A stretch of 64,000 bases of DNA, taken from assembly GCA_050952805.1 (NCBI GenBank), contig JBMNLM010000001.1, positions 6,451 through 70,450 of the forward strand, given 5' to 3'. Made by a program: the position numbers and the translations under genes. Shown in pieces: positions 36,330 through 46,297 of this stretch. The notes under the pieces are model-generated. The model ran no database searches, was not told the origin of the DNA, and saw only the letters and a list, made by a program, of their open reading frames with translations. Each line of letters opens with the position of its first letter. The stretch's first letter is position 1. This DNA is from Bacilli bacterium (GTDB taxonomy: Bacteria; Bacillota_I; Bacilli_A; RFN20; CAG-826).

Positions 36330-38672
36330 TTATTTTCCTCCTTTCTTTTTAACGTTTATGTTAAAAGTATACTCTTTATCTTCAATTTTTACATTTAGTA
36401 TACCTTTACCTTCTTTATTTTGTGAATGAATATATAGGGTAAGTGCTCCCCCGTGAAGAGTTTGAATACTAGGTCCACTTACGCGAATTGGTCCAGTTGT
36501 AGAAATACTAACAGGCGTAGAATCATAGCTTAAACGCATGTCGTTATTATCTAGTTTATAAATAACTAATTTTGTTGTGTCATAAGTAATATCATTAACT
36601 AATTCATCTTTATCTAGAGTTAATTCATAGTGATAGACTCTTGAAGGTCCAAGAAGCTTAGTTTCGATGACGTTATCGCTCTTATCATAACTAATAATTT
36701 TATACGTACTATCGCCACTTCCCCAGGAAGTAATGTTGTCGTACCAAAGATCTACAAGATCATCATAAGTTAACTTATGACGAACCATTTTCATGCCCAT
36801 ATAAAGTAAATAGCGAAGCGGCAAGTTCGTTAGGCCGTTAAGAGCCGCATAATTTAAAATAGTCCGAAGTTTTCTTTTTGTTCCCTTTTTCATTTTTGGA
36901 TATTTATCAAGAAAATCTTCTGGGATAAATTCGTTAATTAAAAATGGGGGATGTTGTAGGTGTCCAAAAGAAGAACTATCAGGATAGTAACGCTTAATAA
37001 AGGAATCTCCTTTATAAAAATCAATGTAAGCAGCGTTACTCAGTACATAAAACGGGTATAAAAGTGCCTCAGGAATATCGCCAACATTAATATTAAAAGT
37101 CGTCTTTAAAATCGGCAGACTACTATTTTGTGATTTATAAAAATAGCTAACGAGTTTTGGATTACGGTATATATCAAGAATTCCGTGATAGCAAATTTTA
37201 TCGCCTGAGCCAAATTCTTTGTGCGTGTAGTAGTCATGCATACACCAAGGGCTAATGCCAATGTTATCGTCTCTGGCAAGTGCATCATTAATAACACGCA
37301 TATGGCGATTAATAAACGAGTGTTGATGCATAACATCGTCACTTATTTTTGTAGGGAACATGTGGCCATTACATTCTGTAATAAAATATGGTTTCTTTGT
37401 TTTTGTTACTTTTTTCTTCGCGACAACACCTTTATTTTTGCCGTTATGAGAAAAATCGTTATAGCCATAAATGTCTTCTATGCAATTTGAATGAGCAAAA
37501 TTTCTTGTTCCTGAGGTTGGTCGACTCGTATCAAGTTTCTTAACTAACTCTTGCGTTTTTGAATATAAATCATCATCGTCAAAACTTTCGTTAATTCGCG
37601 TTGACCAAATGATGACACTAGGATGATTAAAGTCGCGATTAATCATATCGCGAACGTTATCAAGGTGTTTTTCTCGCCAACCATTATCTTTGCTAATATG
37701 TTGCCAACCTGGCGTTTCATCCATTACGTAAAGACCAAGTTTATCGCACGCATCAAGAAAATGTTTTGAAGGCGGGTAGTGGGAACATCTTACAAAATTG
37801 ATGCCTAAATCTTTTAAAATTTTTACATCATCATATTGTAAATATTTATTCGCCGCCGCGCCAATATAGGGGTAAGTTTCATGGCGATTTAGGCCAATTA
37901 ACCTCACTTCTGCACCGTTAACGAATAATTTGTCGCCTTTTACCTCGACGGTTCGAAAGCCAAAAACATACTCTTTACTTAACGAAAAGGTGTCACTATC
38001 AATGCAAGCGATTAGTTTATAAAGTTTTGGATTATTAGCGGACCACGGAACAATATCATCAATTTTTCCCTTAGTATCATGAAGTGTCGCGACCCATTCT
38101 TTAGTTTCATAGTCAACAATATCGTAATACACACGAAGGGTTTCGTTTCGAAGATTAATAATTTCCGGATAAAGCGTAATTGATCCATCACTCCTAGCAT
38201 CAATCTTTACATCTTTTATATCAACAAAATCGAAGTATTCAATATAGACTTCGCGATAGATCCCTGCAAAAGAAAGATAATCGACAACGCCTCCCCAAGG
38301 AGGAACAAGAGGATTTTCTTTACCAGAGACAATTATTTCTAGTTCATTGTCTTTTGGTTTTATTACGTCAGTAATTTCTACTTTTATTGGTAAATAAGGA
38401 CTAATAAACTCACCTAAATAGACGTTATTTAGAGTAATTTTACAACTTACCATTACGCCTTCTAGGCAAAGAAAAGCTTGTTCGTCTTTTAGGGAAATTT
38501 CCGTTTGATTGCTATCAAAACGAAGTTTATAAGTACCTTCTTTTTGATACATTTGCTCGTCAAATGCAGAAAAAGGCACTTCAACAAGCGTATGTGGGAT
38601 GTCGATTTTTGTAAAAGGGAGGGATGAATTATTTAGTTTAAATTCCCAGCCAAAGTTAAGATGTTGTTTCAT
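36330..38672 (-). CDS. glycoside hydrolase family 2 enzyme (beta-galactosidase by context)
   Basis: NFVRCSHYPPSKHFLDACDKLGLYVMDE is the GH2 TIM-barrel motif. The N-terminal sugar-binding domain begins NFGWEF. Confidence 0.6.
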   Translation of the reverse strand: MKQHLNFGWEFKLNNSSLPFTKIDIPHTLVEVPFSAFDEQMYQKEGTYKLRFDSNQTEISLKDEQAFLCLEGVMVSCKITLNNVYLGEFISPYLPIKVEITDVIKPKDNELEIIVSGKENPLVPPWGGVVDYLSFAGIYREVYIEYFDFVDIKDVKIDARSDGSITLYPEIINLRNETLRVYYDIVDYETKEWVATLHDTKGKIDDIVPWSANNPKLYKLIACIDSDTFSLSKEYVFGFRTVEVKGDKLFVNGAEVRLIGLNRHETYPYIGAAANKYLQYDDVKILKDLGINFVRCSHYPPSKHFLDACDKLGLYVMDETPGWQHISKDNGWREKHLDNVRDMINRDFNHPSVIIWSTRINESFDDDDLYSKTQELVKKLDTSRPTSGTRNFAHSNCIEDIYGYNDFSHNGKNKGVVAKKKVTKTKKPYFITECNGHMFPTKISDDVMHQHSFINRHMRVINDALARDDNIGISPWCMHDYYTHKEFGSGDKICYHGILDIYRNPKLVSYFYKSQNSSLPILKTTFNINVGDIPEALLYPFYVLSNAAYIDFYKGDSFIKRYYPDSSSFGHLQHPPFLINEFIPEDFLDKYPKMKKGTKRKLRTILNYAALNGLTNLPLRYLLYMGMKMVRHKLTYDDLVDLWYDNITSWGSGDSTYKIISYDKSDNVIETKLLGPSRVYHYELTLDKDELVNDITYDTTKLVIYKLDNNDMRLSYDSTPVSISTTGPIRVSGPSIQTLHGGALTLYIHSQNKEGKGILNVKIEDKEYTFNINVKKKGGK

Positions 38673-38868
38673 ACTTTAATTATAGATGACTTCGCCCTTC
38701 TTTTTAAGGAAATTCTCGTATCTTTACTTTTTAATAAGACTCTACTTAAAAAGAATATAAATATAACTAAAAATATCTATTTTATGAGTGAATTCATTCT
38801 ACAATTAGGTAAAATAGAGGTAATGTAATAAAATGAAATGGAAGATTACAATATAGTGAGGTATAAAT

Positions 38869-40389
38869 ATGCTTGATGTTATTGTTGAAAAACTTTTAAT
38901 CTACGCTAAAAATCGTTTAGGCTTAAGTGACGACGATTTATTTTATTTACGAAATATTCTTTTATTTAACTTTCATTTAAAAGCTCCTTACAAAGGACCG
39001 ATTAACGTAAGTGAAATTAAAGCAATGAAAACGCCTGACGTCCTTCTAGACGAACTTCGTCTTGCCTTAAAAGAAAGTAAGATTATTGAAGAATGGCGAA
39101 TTGAAGGATTAGTAACTGAAGTTATGGGCTTTTTAACGCCTGCTCCAAGCCTTGTTACCGAGCAATTTAAAAAGCTATACAAAAAAGATAAAAAAAGTGC
39201 GACAGATTATCTCTATGACTTAAGTGTTGCAAATAACTACATCCAATCACAAAAAATCGCAGAAAATATTTCTTGGACGAGTGAAATGGATGATGGTCAT
39301 AAACTTGAAATTACGATTAATCTATCAAAACCCGAAAAAGATAATAAAGATATTATTAAAGAAGCTGAGAAAGAAGATGAAGATGAATATCCAAGTTGTC
39401 CACTTTGCCGCGAAAACGTTGGCTATGGCGGATCTTATAAAATTCCCCCACGACAAAACTTACGGATTATTCCTCTTAGACTAGAAAACGAAAATTGGTT
39501 CCTCCAATATTCACCTTACGTTTACTACGATAAACACTGTATTGTAATTTTTGAAGAACATAAACCAATGGCGATAACTCCAAGAGTTTTTGGTAAACTC
39601 TTTGCCTTTGTTGATCAATTCCCACATTTCTTTATTGGTTCAAATAGTGATCTACCAATTGTAGGTGGTTCAATTCTTTCTCATGAACACTTCCAAGGTG
39701 GTCAAAGTGATTTCCCGCTATTTAACGCTCCAAAAAGAACACTAGTTAAATCACGTCACGATAAACGCGTCACGATTTCAATCGCTGACTGGTATAACAC
39801 CGTCATCGTCTTAAAGAGTAAAACGCGCGATAAAGATAAATTAATCGATGTCGCATCAAAGATTTGTGAAACATGGATTAACTATAGTAACCCTGAATTA
39901 GATATTATTGCCTTTACTGGTGACACTCGTCATAACACGGTAACGCCAATTGTTACAAAAGATAAAAATGGCTATACGATGTATCTAATTTTACGTAATA
40001 ACCGCACTAGTGAAGAACATCCTGATGGCATTTTCCATGCCCATAAGGAATATCACGGCATTAAAAAAGAAGGCATTGGCTTAATTGAAGCAATGGGAAT
40101 GTTTATTCTTCCTGCAAGATTAAAACGCCAATTTGCAATTGTTGAAGATGTCTATGATGGCAAGCTTACAAAAGAAGAAGCGCTTAGTAAGCATCCAGAC
40201 TTAAGCGTACATGAACCTCTATTTGTGTATCTTGACGAACGAAAAGATGACGAACTAGCGACCGAAGAAAAAATTAAACAATACGTCGCGGAAACTTGTC
40301 GCAATATTTTAATTAATACCGCTGTATTTAAAAATGATCCTAAGAGTCAAGATGAATTATTAAAAATGCTTAAAAGTATTAAGTACTAA
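38869..40389 (+). CDS. galT: galactose-1-phosphate uridylyltransferase, type 2
   Basis: About 500-aa Gram-positive-type GalT, immediately upstream of galK. Confidence 0.75.
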   Translation: MLDVIVEKLLIYAKNRLGLSDDDLFYLRNILLFNFHLKAPYKGPINVSEIKAMKTPDVLLDELRLALKESKIIEEWRIEGLVTEVMGFLTPAPSLVTEQFKKLYKKDKKSATDYLYDLSVANNYIQSQKIAENISWTSEMDDGHKLEITINLSKPEKDNKDIIKEAEKEDEDEYPSCPLCRENVGYGGSYKIPPRQNLRIIPLRLENENWFLQYSPYVYYDKHCIVIFEEHKPMAITPRVFGKLFAFVDQFPHFFIGSNSDLPIVGGSILSHEHFQGGQSDFPLFNAPKRTLVKSRHDKRVTISIADWYNTVIVLKSKTRDKDKLIDVASKICETWINYSNPELDIIAFTGDTRHNTVTPIVTKDKNGYTMYLILRNNRTSEEHPDGIFHAHKEYHGIKKEGIGLIEAMGMFILPARLKRQFAIVEDVYDGKLTKEEALSKHPDLSVHEPLFVYLDERKDDELATEEKIKQYVAETCRNILINTAVFKNDPKSQDELLKMLKSIKY

Positions 40390-40395
40390 AAATAT

Positions 40396-41562
40396 ATGAA
40401 ATATCACTCAAAATATAAATTTCTAAGCGAACAATTTATACATATATTTAAAGAAAAACCAACAAACTTTTTTGCTATCCCAGGACGCGTAGAATTTATC
40501 GGTAATCACACCGATCACCAAGGCGGAAAAACTCTGTCATTTACAATTGACCGCTATATTTATGCGTGTGCAAATAAAAGAGATGATAATTTAATCGTTT
40601 TACACAGTAAAAACTATTCAATTCCAACGCTTATTGATTTAAACGATATTGAATTTAAAAATAGTGAAAAAGGAACTTCAATTGCTTTAATTAAAGGCGT
40701 AGCCACTTACTTTAAAAATCATAACTTTAAAATAGGTGGTTTTAATCTTTATACATACTCTAATATTCCTCGCGGGATGGGTCTATCAAGTAGTGCAGCT
40801 TTTGAAACTTTAATCGCAAAAGTATTAAATGAACTTTATAATAACCTTACAATTTCACCCCTAAACCTTGCAAAAGCTGGCCAATTTGCAGAAATTCACT
40901 ATTTTGGTAAGCCTTGCGGACTTCTAGATCAACTAACAGTAAGCTATGAACAACTCGTATATTGTGACTTTAAAAACAAAGCCCCAGAAGTAGAGCAAAT
41001 TAGTGCTCATCTTCTTGATGATTTTGATATTCATCTAATCTATATTGGTAAAGGTCACGCGGGGTTATCGCATCACTACAAAAGAATCGTAGATGACATG
41101 AATCTCGTAAATAATTACTATAAAAAAGAACAATTACGTGACGTTAATGAAGAACAATTCTTTAATGATTTTGTTAACTTAAATAATGTAATTCCCCTTC
41201 TTGCCCTAAATCGCGCGAAGCATTTCTTTTTAGAAACGCGTCGCGTAGAAGAAGTTGTAGATGCGTTGCATAAAAACGACAAAAAAGAAGTAATTAAATT
41301 AATTAACGAAAGCGGTGAATCTAGCGCGACGCTACTAAAAAATCTTTCATTACCAAATGAAAAGAAGAAAACATTAGAAAACTCATATTATTTATTGAAA
41401 GAGAAGTTCCCAACTGCTGCGGTTAGAATTCATGGTGGTGGATTTGGGGGAACGCTTCTTTTTGTTTCCTTAAAAGAAGAAAAACTTGGGAAAGAATTAC
41501 GTGAATTTTGTAAATCGCTAAACTTAAAGCGTATTTATAAGATTAAACCTTCACTTTCTTAG
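40396..41562 (+). CDS. galK: galactokinase
   Basis: GRVEFIGNHTDHQGG galactokinase signature and the GHMP motif GMGLSSSAA. Confidence 0.85.
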   Translation: MKYHSKYKFLSEQFIHIFKEKPTNFFAIPGRVEFIGNHTDHQGGKTLSFTIDRYIYACANKRDDNLIVLHSKNYSIPTLIDLNDIEFKNSEKGTSIALIKGVATYFKNHNFKIGGFNLYTYSNIPRGMGLSSSAAFETLIAKVLNELYNNLTISPLNLAKAGQFAEIHYFGKPCGLLDQLTVSYEQLVYCDFKNKAPEVEQISAHLLDDFDIHLIYIGKGHAGLSHHYKRIVDDMNLVNNYYKKEQLRDVNEEQFFNDFVNLNNVIPLLALNRAKHFFLETRRVEEVVDALHKNDKKEVIKLINESGESSATLLKNLSLPNEKKKTLENSYYLLKEKFPTAAVRIHGGGFGGTLLFVSLKEEKLGKELREFCKSLNLKRIYKIKPSLS

Positions 41563-41595
41563 ATAAATTTCTTAGAAAAACACTTCAAAAAAACA

Positions 41596-41622
41596 CGGCA
41601 CGAAAATTCGCGTGCTTTTTTT
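41596..41622 (+). terminator. terminator after galK (weak stem)
   Basis: GCACG-8nt-CGTGC followed by T7. Confidence 0.4.
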
Positions 41623-41701
41623 CATATATTAAATCTATTTATAAATATAGTTGTAAGCACTATTATTAGTAATAATAGTTAGAAAATGATAATATGAAGC
41701 C

Positions 41702-42736
41702 ATGGAAAAAAAGCAAGCACTTAATGACCTTTTAACTAGTTTAACCGGCTATCGCGCTGAAGATAGAATGCGGATATTTTCCTATTTTAAAACTCTAGAT
41801 TACGAAGTAAAAGATGAAAATTATTTTGCCTATCTTCGAGTAGCCTATAGCTATATCCCAATGAAACTAACAGACTTAAGTGAAAATGATATTGAAAAAG
41901 ATCCTAATTTAATTATTGGGCTTTTTATGGCAATCGCGACAGAACTTGAAGAAGTACCTCTTCCTAGAAGAATCGATATTATGGACTATGTTAGCAATTT
42001 TGTGCAAAAGCGAAGTCCAAGAAACGCGATTAATGATAACACTTTAATTTATGACTTTAGTTTAGATTTTGAAGAAGAAGTTTATAAGATGCTAAGTGGC
42101 ACTAGTGTTCCTCTTACTAAACAAATTTATCCTTACGCGACGATATATCTCGTATACGGAGATTTACTCCATGAATACGGAGATTATATAAGTGCGATGG
42201 GAATGTATGCTAGAGCAAATAGCTGGAATCCAGTCTCGCCTCTTATTATTTCAAGAGCCTGTGACTATTTTGCAAACATTAAAGATTCGCAACAACTCTT
42301 ACAAGTAGCAAACTTAATGTTAAAAGTATCTTATACACCTCATCATATCGCTGAAGCTATGCAATATCTTGGTTATGGTTTCTTTTTAGAAGGCGAATAT
42401 GAAAAAGCGTATGCATTTTATTATGTTTCCTTAAAATATGATGACACGAGTAAAGAAGGGTTAAATGAACAAATAAGTGCAACTCTTACTGCTCTAAAAG
42501 TAAAAGAACCATATAAAGTTACGAAAAAAATGATTAATGAACTCTTTATTGGCTCAGCCTTTGTTCCAAAAGTTAACCATCGTTTATTTCAAACGTTAAG
42601 AAGATACATTATTGATAACTATATCAAAGAAGACTATATTGAAGTTCTTGAATACGGAGCTTACTACTCGCTTGTTTATCCTTCTGACACAAAAATTAAA
42701 AATATTATCACTAAGTCACAAAATCAATTAATCTAA
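41702..42736 (+). CDS. hypothetical cytoplasmic protein with TPR-like C-terminal half
   Basis: No signal peptide. LEGEYEKAYAFYYVSLKYDD is TPR-like. Confidence 0.45.
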   Translation: MEKKQALNDLLTSLTGYRAEDRMRIFSYFKTLDYEVKDENYFAYLRVAYSYIPMKLTDLSENDIEKDPNLIIGLFMAIATELEEVPLPRRIDIMDYVSNFVQKRSPRNAINDNTLIYDFSLDFEEEVYKMLSGTSVPLTKQIYPYATIYLVYGDLLHEYGDYISAMGMYARANSWNPVSPLIISRACDYFANIKDSQQLLQVANLMLKVSYTPHHIAEAMQYLGYGFFLEGEYEKAYAFYYVSLKYDDTSKEGLNEQISATLTALKVKEPYKVTKKMINELFIGSAFVPKVNHRLFQTLRRYIIDNYIKEDYIEVLEYGAYYSLVYPSDTKIKNIITKSQNQLI

Positions 42737-42739
42737 AAT

Positions 42740-43783
42740 ATGAGCAATAGTAATTATTTAAGCAAATTAAGTTCGGATATCGTAAACGGACTTTTTTATG
42801 CTCTTAAAAACGATGCAAAAAGCTGGTATTCTTTGCAAAATGCGGGTAAAAATGACAATATCGATTTAAACGAATTTGCAAAACTTTTTACAAAACTTGC
42901 AAATATTAGTAGTTCAAAAGACTTAGAAAACTTACTTCTTAGTGATGAACTTGATTATGAAACGCTAAGTTATTTTTTAACTAGTGAAACAATAAAAAGT
43001 TACAAAGACTTTAAAAAAGAAGAAGAAAAAAATCCAAATAAAGGAGAACTAGCAAATAGTGCTGATTGTTTTTTAATTTTGTTCTTTTATAGTTTTCATC
43101 TCTATTCTAAATTCGGGATGAACGCACTTTTAATTAAAGAGACGTATGAAGAAATAAAAGCAATAACGGAATTTAGCCACGCTAACGAACTCGTTTACAT
43201 TGGTAATACCTTTTTTGTTGGCTTAGTCTTTAGTGCACTTAGCTATCGCCATAAAAAAAGGAGATTTCCTAACTCATCTTACGAAAAAATTGTTGATGAC
43301 GTAATTGAACAAGTTTCGACACAATTTTTAAGAGAAGAATTCAAAAACACAAAACGCTATTTTGTTGGAATTGCACCTCTATTTTACGAATTACATAAAG
43401 AAATTCCTGCAAGTAGAAACCTAAAAGCAATCGACAAACGCCTCTTACAAACGAATAATTATGTAATCGATTTTGTTACAACGCTTTTTAGTCTTCTTCT
43501 TAAAGGCTATAAAGATAATAGCTATCAAGAATTACGAAATTACATCGTTAAAAGAAAGACATATACACCACTATTTATGCTTTTATTTGATGTTCTTAGC
43601 AAAATTATGGAAGACGGATTAATAGAAGACCTAAAAGAAGATTATAAAGTCTATTTAAATAACGAAATTTACAATTTACTAACAAATTTAACTGCACCTT
43701 TAGTAAATCTTCTTGAATCTCAAAACAAAGAAAACGAAGAAATTAGAAACCTCCAAAGAAAATATTTAACGAGTGTTTTGTAA
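42740..43783 (+). CDS. hypothetical cytoplasmic protein, translationally coupled to the upstream ORF
   Basis: Starts 3 nt after the upstream stop. No recognisable motif. Confidence 0.45.
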   Translation: MSNSNYLSKLSSDIVNGLFYALKNDAKSWYSLQNAGKNDNIDLNEFAKLFTKLANISSSKDLENLLLSDELDYETLSYFLTSETIKSYKDFKKEEEKNPNKGELANSADCFLILFFYSFHLYSKFGMNALLIKETYEEIKAITEFSHANELVYIGNTFFVGLVFSALSYRHKKRRFPNSSYEKIVDDVIEQVSTQFLREEFKNTKRYFVGIAPLFYELHKEIPASRNLKAIDKRLLQTNNYVIDFVTTLFSLLLKGYKDNSYQELRNYIVKRKTYTPLFMLLFDVLSKIMEDGLIEDLKEDYKVYLNNEIYNLLTNLTAPLVNLLESQNKENEEIRNLQRKYLTSVL

Positions 43784-43804
43784 TTATAATTTGTTGTTTT
43801 TAAA

Positions 43805-43840
43805 AAACCGTAATCTCTATTATCAAATAGAGATTTTTTA
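43805..43840 (+). terminator. Rho-independent terminator
   Basis: AATCTCTAT-tatcaa-ATAGAGATT followed by TTTTT. Confidence 0.65.
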
Positions 43841-43910
43841 ATGAAAGTGCAAAACACATAGTTTATAAGTTATAATAACTTTATATTTACTATACATATT
43901 GAGGTGAATT

Positions 43911-46265
43911 ATGAAAAAAATTACTAACTCACGTCGTCTTTTTAATGCAATGACGAAACTTTTCCTATTTTCACTCCTTTTAACAGGTTGTAATAAACCT
44001 GGACCTGATTCATCAACTGATCCAGATGATTCAAGAATTAGTGAAAATGGCGGTAACACGGAAAAAGGAGACTTATTAACACCAGAAGAATACGAAGAAA
44101 GTATTACCGGTGCTCCTTGGACAAAAACAAACCACTTATACATTCACTATTTAAGAAAAGATGCAAATTCATATCCTGAATGGGACTTATGGGTTTGGCA
44201 AAAAGTCCCGCGCGACCTAGAAGGTCATGCGATCGATTACTTTATGCAAGACCAATCGGGCGTCATTTTCGCGGTCGATTTAAATCACCCTGACTTAAAA
44301 GGTGTTACAAAACTTGGGTTTTTACTCGTTTTAAAGGAGAGTAAAAACCAATCAACAGGCATGTGGGTTAGTGATGCAAGTGCAAACGTGTATATTCCTG
44401 ATATTCCAACGCACGTTAGACCCGATGGGACAATACACATCTTTTGTACTGAAGGAAATAGTTTACTTTATACATTCTTTTATGAAGGCGAAGAAGCCGA
44501 AGACCCCTTTGAAGGCGATACTGGTCAACTAGAAAGTAAAACTAACGTAAATAGTAGTTCAACTTCGCCCTATCCTATTGCAAAAACAAGTCCTGATTTT
44601 GCAAGTAATGCCGGAATTGGCTATCAAATTCAAGTCGCAACTTTTGCAGATTCTGATGGCGATGGCCTTGGCGATATTAACGGAATCACTGCAAAACTTG
44701 ACTATATTGAGTCATTAAACGTTAACGCGATTTGGCTCACGCCAATTCAAGAATGCGAAAGCTATCACGGCTACGATACGATTGATTATTACGCAATCGA
44801 TAGTCGCTTTGGCACACTAAACGACTATCGAAGACTAATTTATGAAGCGCATAAACGTGATATTCGTGTCGTAATGGACTTAGTTTTAAACCATACTTCA
44901 AAAAATAACTTATGGTTTACGCGTAGTGCTCAAGTTAAAACTGGCAAAGACCTAAACGGAAATCCTGTTTCATATCGCGACTTATATCACTGGAAATATT
45001 CAACGACGCCTCTAAAAGAGCCATGGTATCGCTTTGGAACGACAGATTATTACTACTACGCAAAATTCTCCTCTGGAATGCCAGAACTAAATTATGACAA
45101 CCAAACAACACGCGATTTTATGGTCGATGTTGCAAAATATTGGCTTGGCTTTGGTGTTGATGGCTTCCGAATTGATGCTGTTAAACATATTTATATGAAG
45201 GATGAAGTTAGTAAAAATAGTAGCGATGTCGTTACTGATATTGATGATAAAACCGGTGTTGATTATAGTAGTGACCGCGGGAAAAATATTAACTTCTTTA
45301 GAGAATTTAATGCGCGGGTAAAAAGCGTTTATCCTAACGCCTTTATCGTTGGCGAAAACTTTGATGGTTGGGATGAACGCATTTCTCCCTACCTTCAAGG
45401 AATGGATGCACTTCTTGACTTCCCAAGTTACTATCACTTTGTGAACAATACTTTCTGGAGTATGGAAAATAGTGCAAATGTTGAAGGAACTTCAATTATT
45501 CCTAATAAACTAAGCATGTATAACTCTAGAAGAAGTAATGGTAAAGCAATTTTAAGTGCCTTTACTAGTAATCACGACGTTGAACGCGCGCTTAATCACG
45601 CAAATAATAAACTAACTGGTTCAGGCTCATTTAGTACTGAACACCATACGCCAATAACCGCAACTGATATTGCAACAAAAAATAAACGTGCCCAAGTTTA
45701 TATTGGAAGTTTACTCCTTCAACCTGGGTTAACTTGGATTTATTACGGCGATGAAATCGGAATGTCAGGCAATATTACGCCTAACAATAGCGAAAACGCT
45801 CCAAGTGAAGCAATTGGCAAAGACTGGAACGAAGACCGTTTCTATCGTCAACCTATGAAATGGGTTGAAACTGGTGCAACTGATAAAGACATGATGACTA
45901 ATGTTACCTTTAGTGGCTACACAATTCCATTAGACGACTACAACAAAAACACACTAGAAAGTGTTAAAGAACAACAAGAAAATAGTAGTTCATTCCTTAA
46001 AAAGATCCAGGAATTGTCGGCTTTTAAAGGAAATAGCGAATATAAAGACGTTTTCCTAAAAGGAAATTATTCAGGTATTAACTCTAATGAAAACGTCATG
46101 GCATGGCGAATGAGTTATGGTGGAACAACACTTCAAATCTATTGCAACTTTAGTGCTTCACAAGTTACTTTAACAGGCGTTCCAACTAACGTAATTTATA
46201 AATCTAATACTGGTCTTAGTAACAATACTGTAGATGGCTACGGAATTGTTATTTATAAACAATAA
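43911..46265 (+). CDS. GH13 alpha-amylase-family lipoprotein (amylase/neopullulanase-like) with N-terminal accessory domain
   Basis: LLLTGCNKPG lipobox. GH13 regions are DLVLNHTS, GFRIDAVKHI and FTSNHD. Confidence 0.75.
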   Translation: MKKITNSRRLFNAMTKLFLFSLLLTGCNKPGPDSSTDPDDSRISENGGNTEKGDLLTPEEYEESITGAPWTKTNHLYIHYLRKDANSYPEWDLWVWQKVPRDLEGHAIDYFMQDQSGVIFAVDLNHPDLKGVTKLGFLLVLKESKNQSTGMWVSDASANVYIPDIPTHVRPDGTIHIFCTEGNSLLYTFFYEGEEAEDPFEGDTGQLESKTNVNSSSTSPYPIAKTSPDFASNAGIGYQIQVATFADSDGDGLGDINGITAKLDYIESLNVNAIWLTPIQECESYHGYDTIDYYAIDSRFGTLNDYRRLIYEAHKRDIRVVMDLVLNHTSKNNLWFTRSAQVKTGKDLNGNPVSYRDLYHWKYSTTPLKEPWYRFGTTDYYYYAKFSSGMPELNYDNQTTRDFMVDVAKYWLGFGVDGFRIDAVKHIYMKDEVSKNSSDVVTDIDDKTGVDYSSDRGKNINFFREFNARVKSVYPNAFIVGENFDGWDERISPYLQGMDALLDFPSYYHFVNNTFWSMENSANVEGTSIIPNKLSMYNSRRSNGKAILSAFTSNHDVERALNHANNKLTGSGSFSTEHHTPITATDIATKNKRAQVYIGSLLLQPGLTWIYYGDEIGMSGNITPNNSENAPSEAIGKDWNEDRFYRQPMKWVETGATDKDMMTNVTFSGYTIPLDDYNKNTLESVKEQQENSSSFLKKIQELSAFKGNSEYKDVFLKGNYSGINSNENVMAWRMSYGGTTLQIYCNFSASQVTLTGVPTNVIYKSNTGLSNNTVDGYGIVIYKQ

Positions 46266-46297
46266 TTAAATAAATATATGAAAGGAAAAGGATAATA

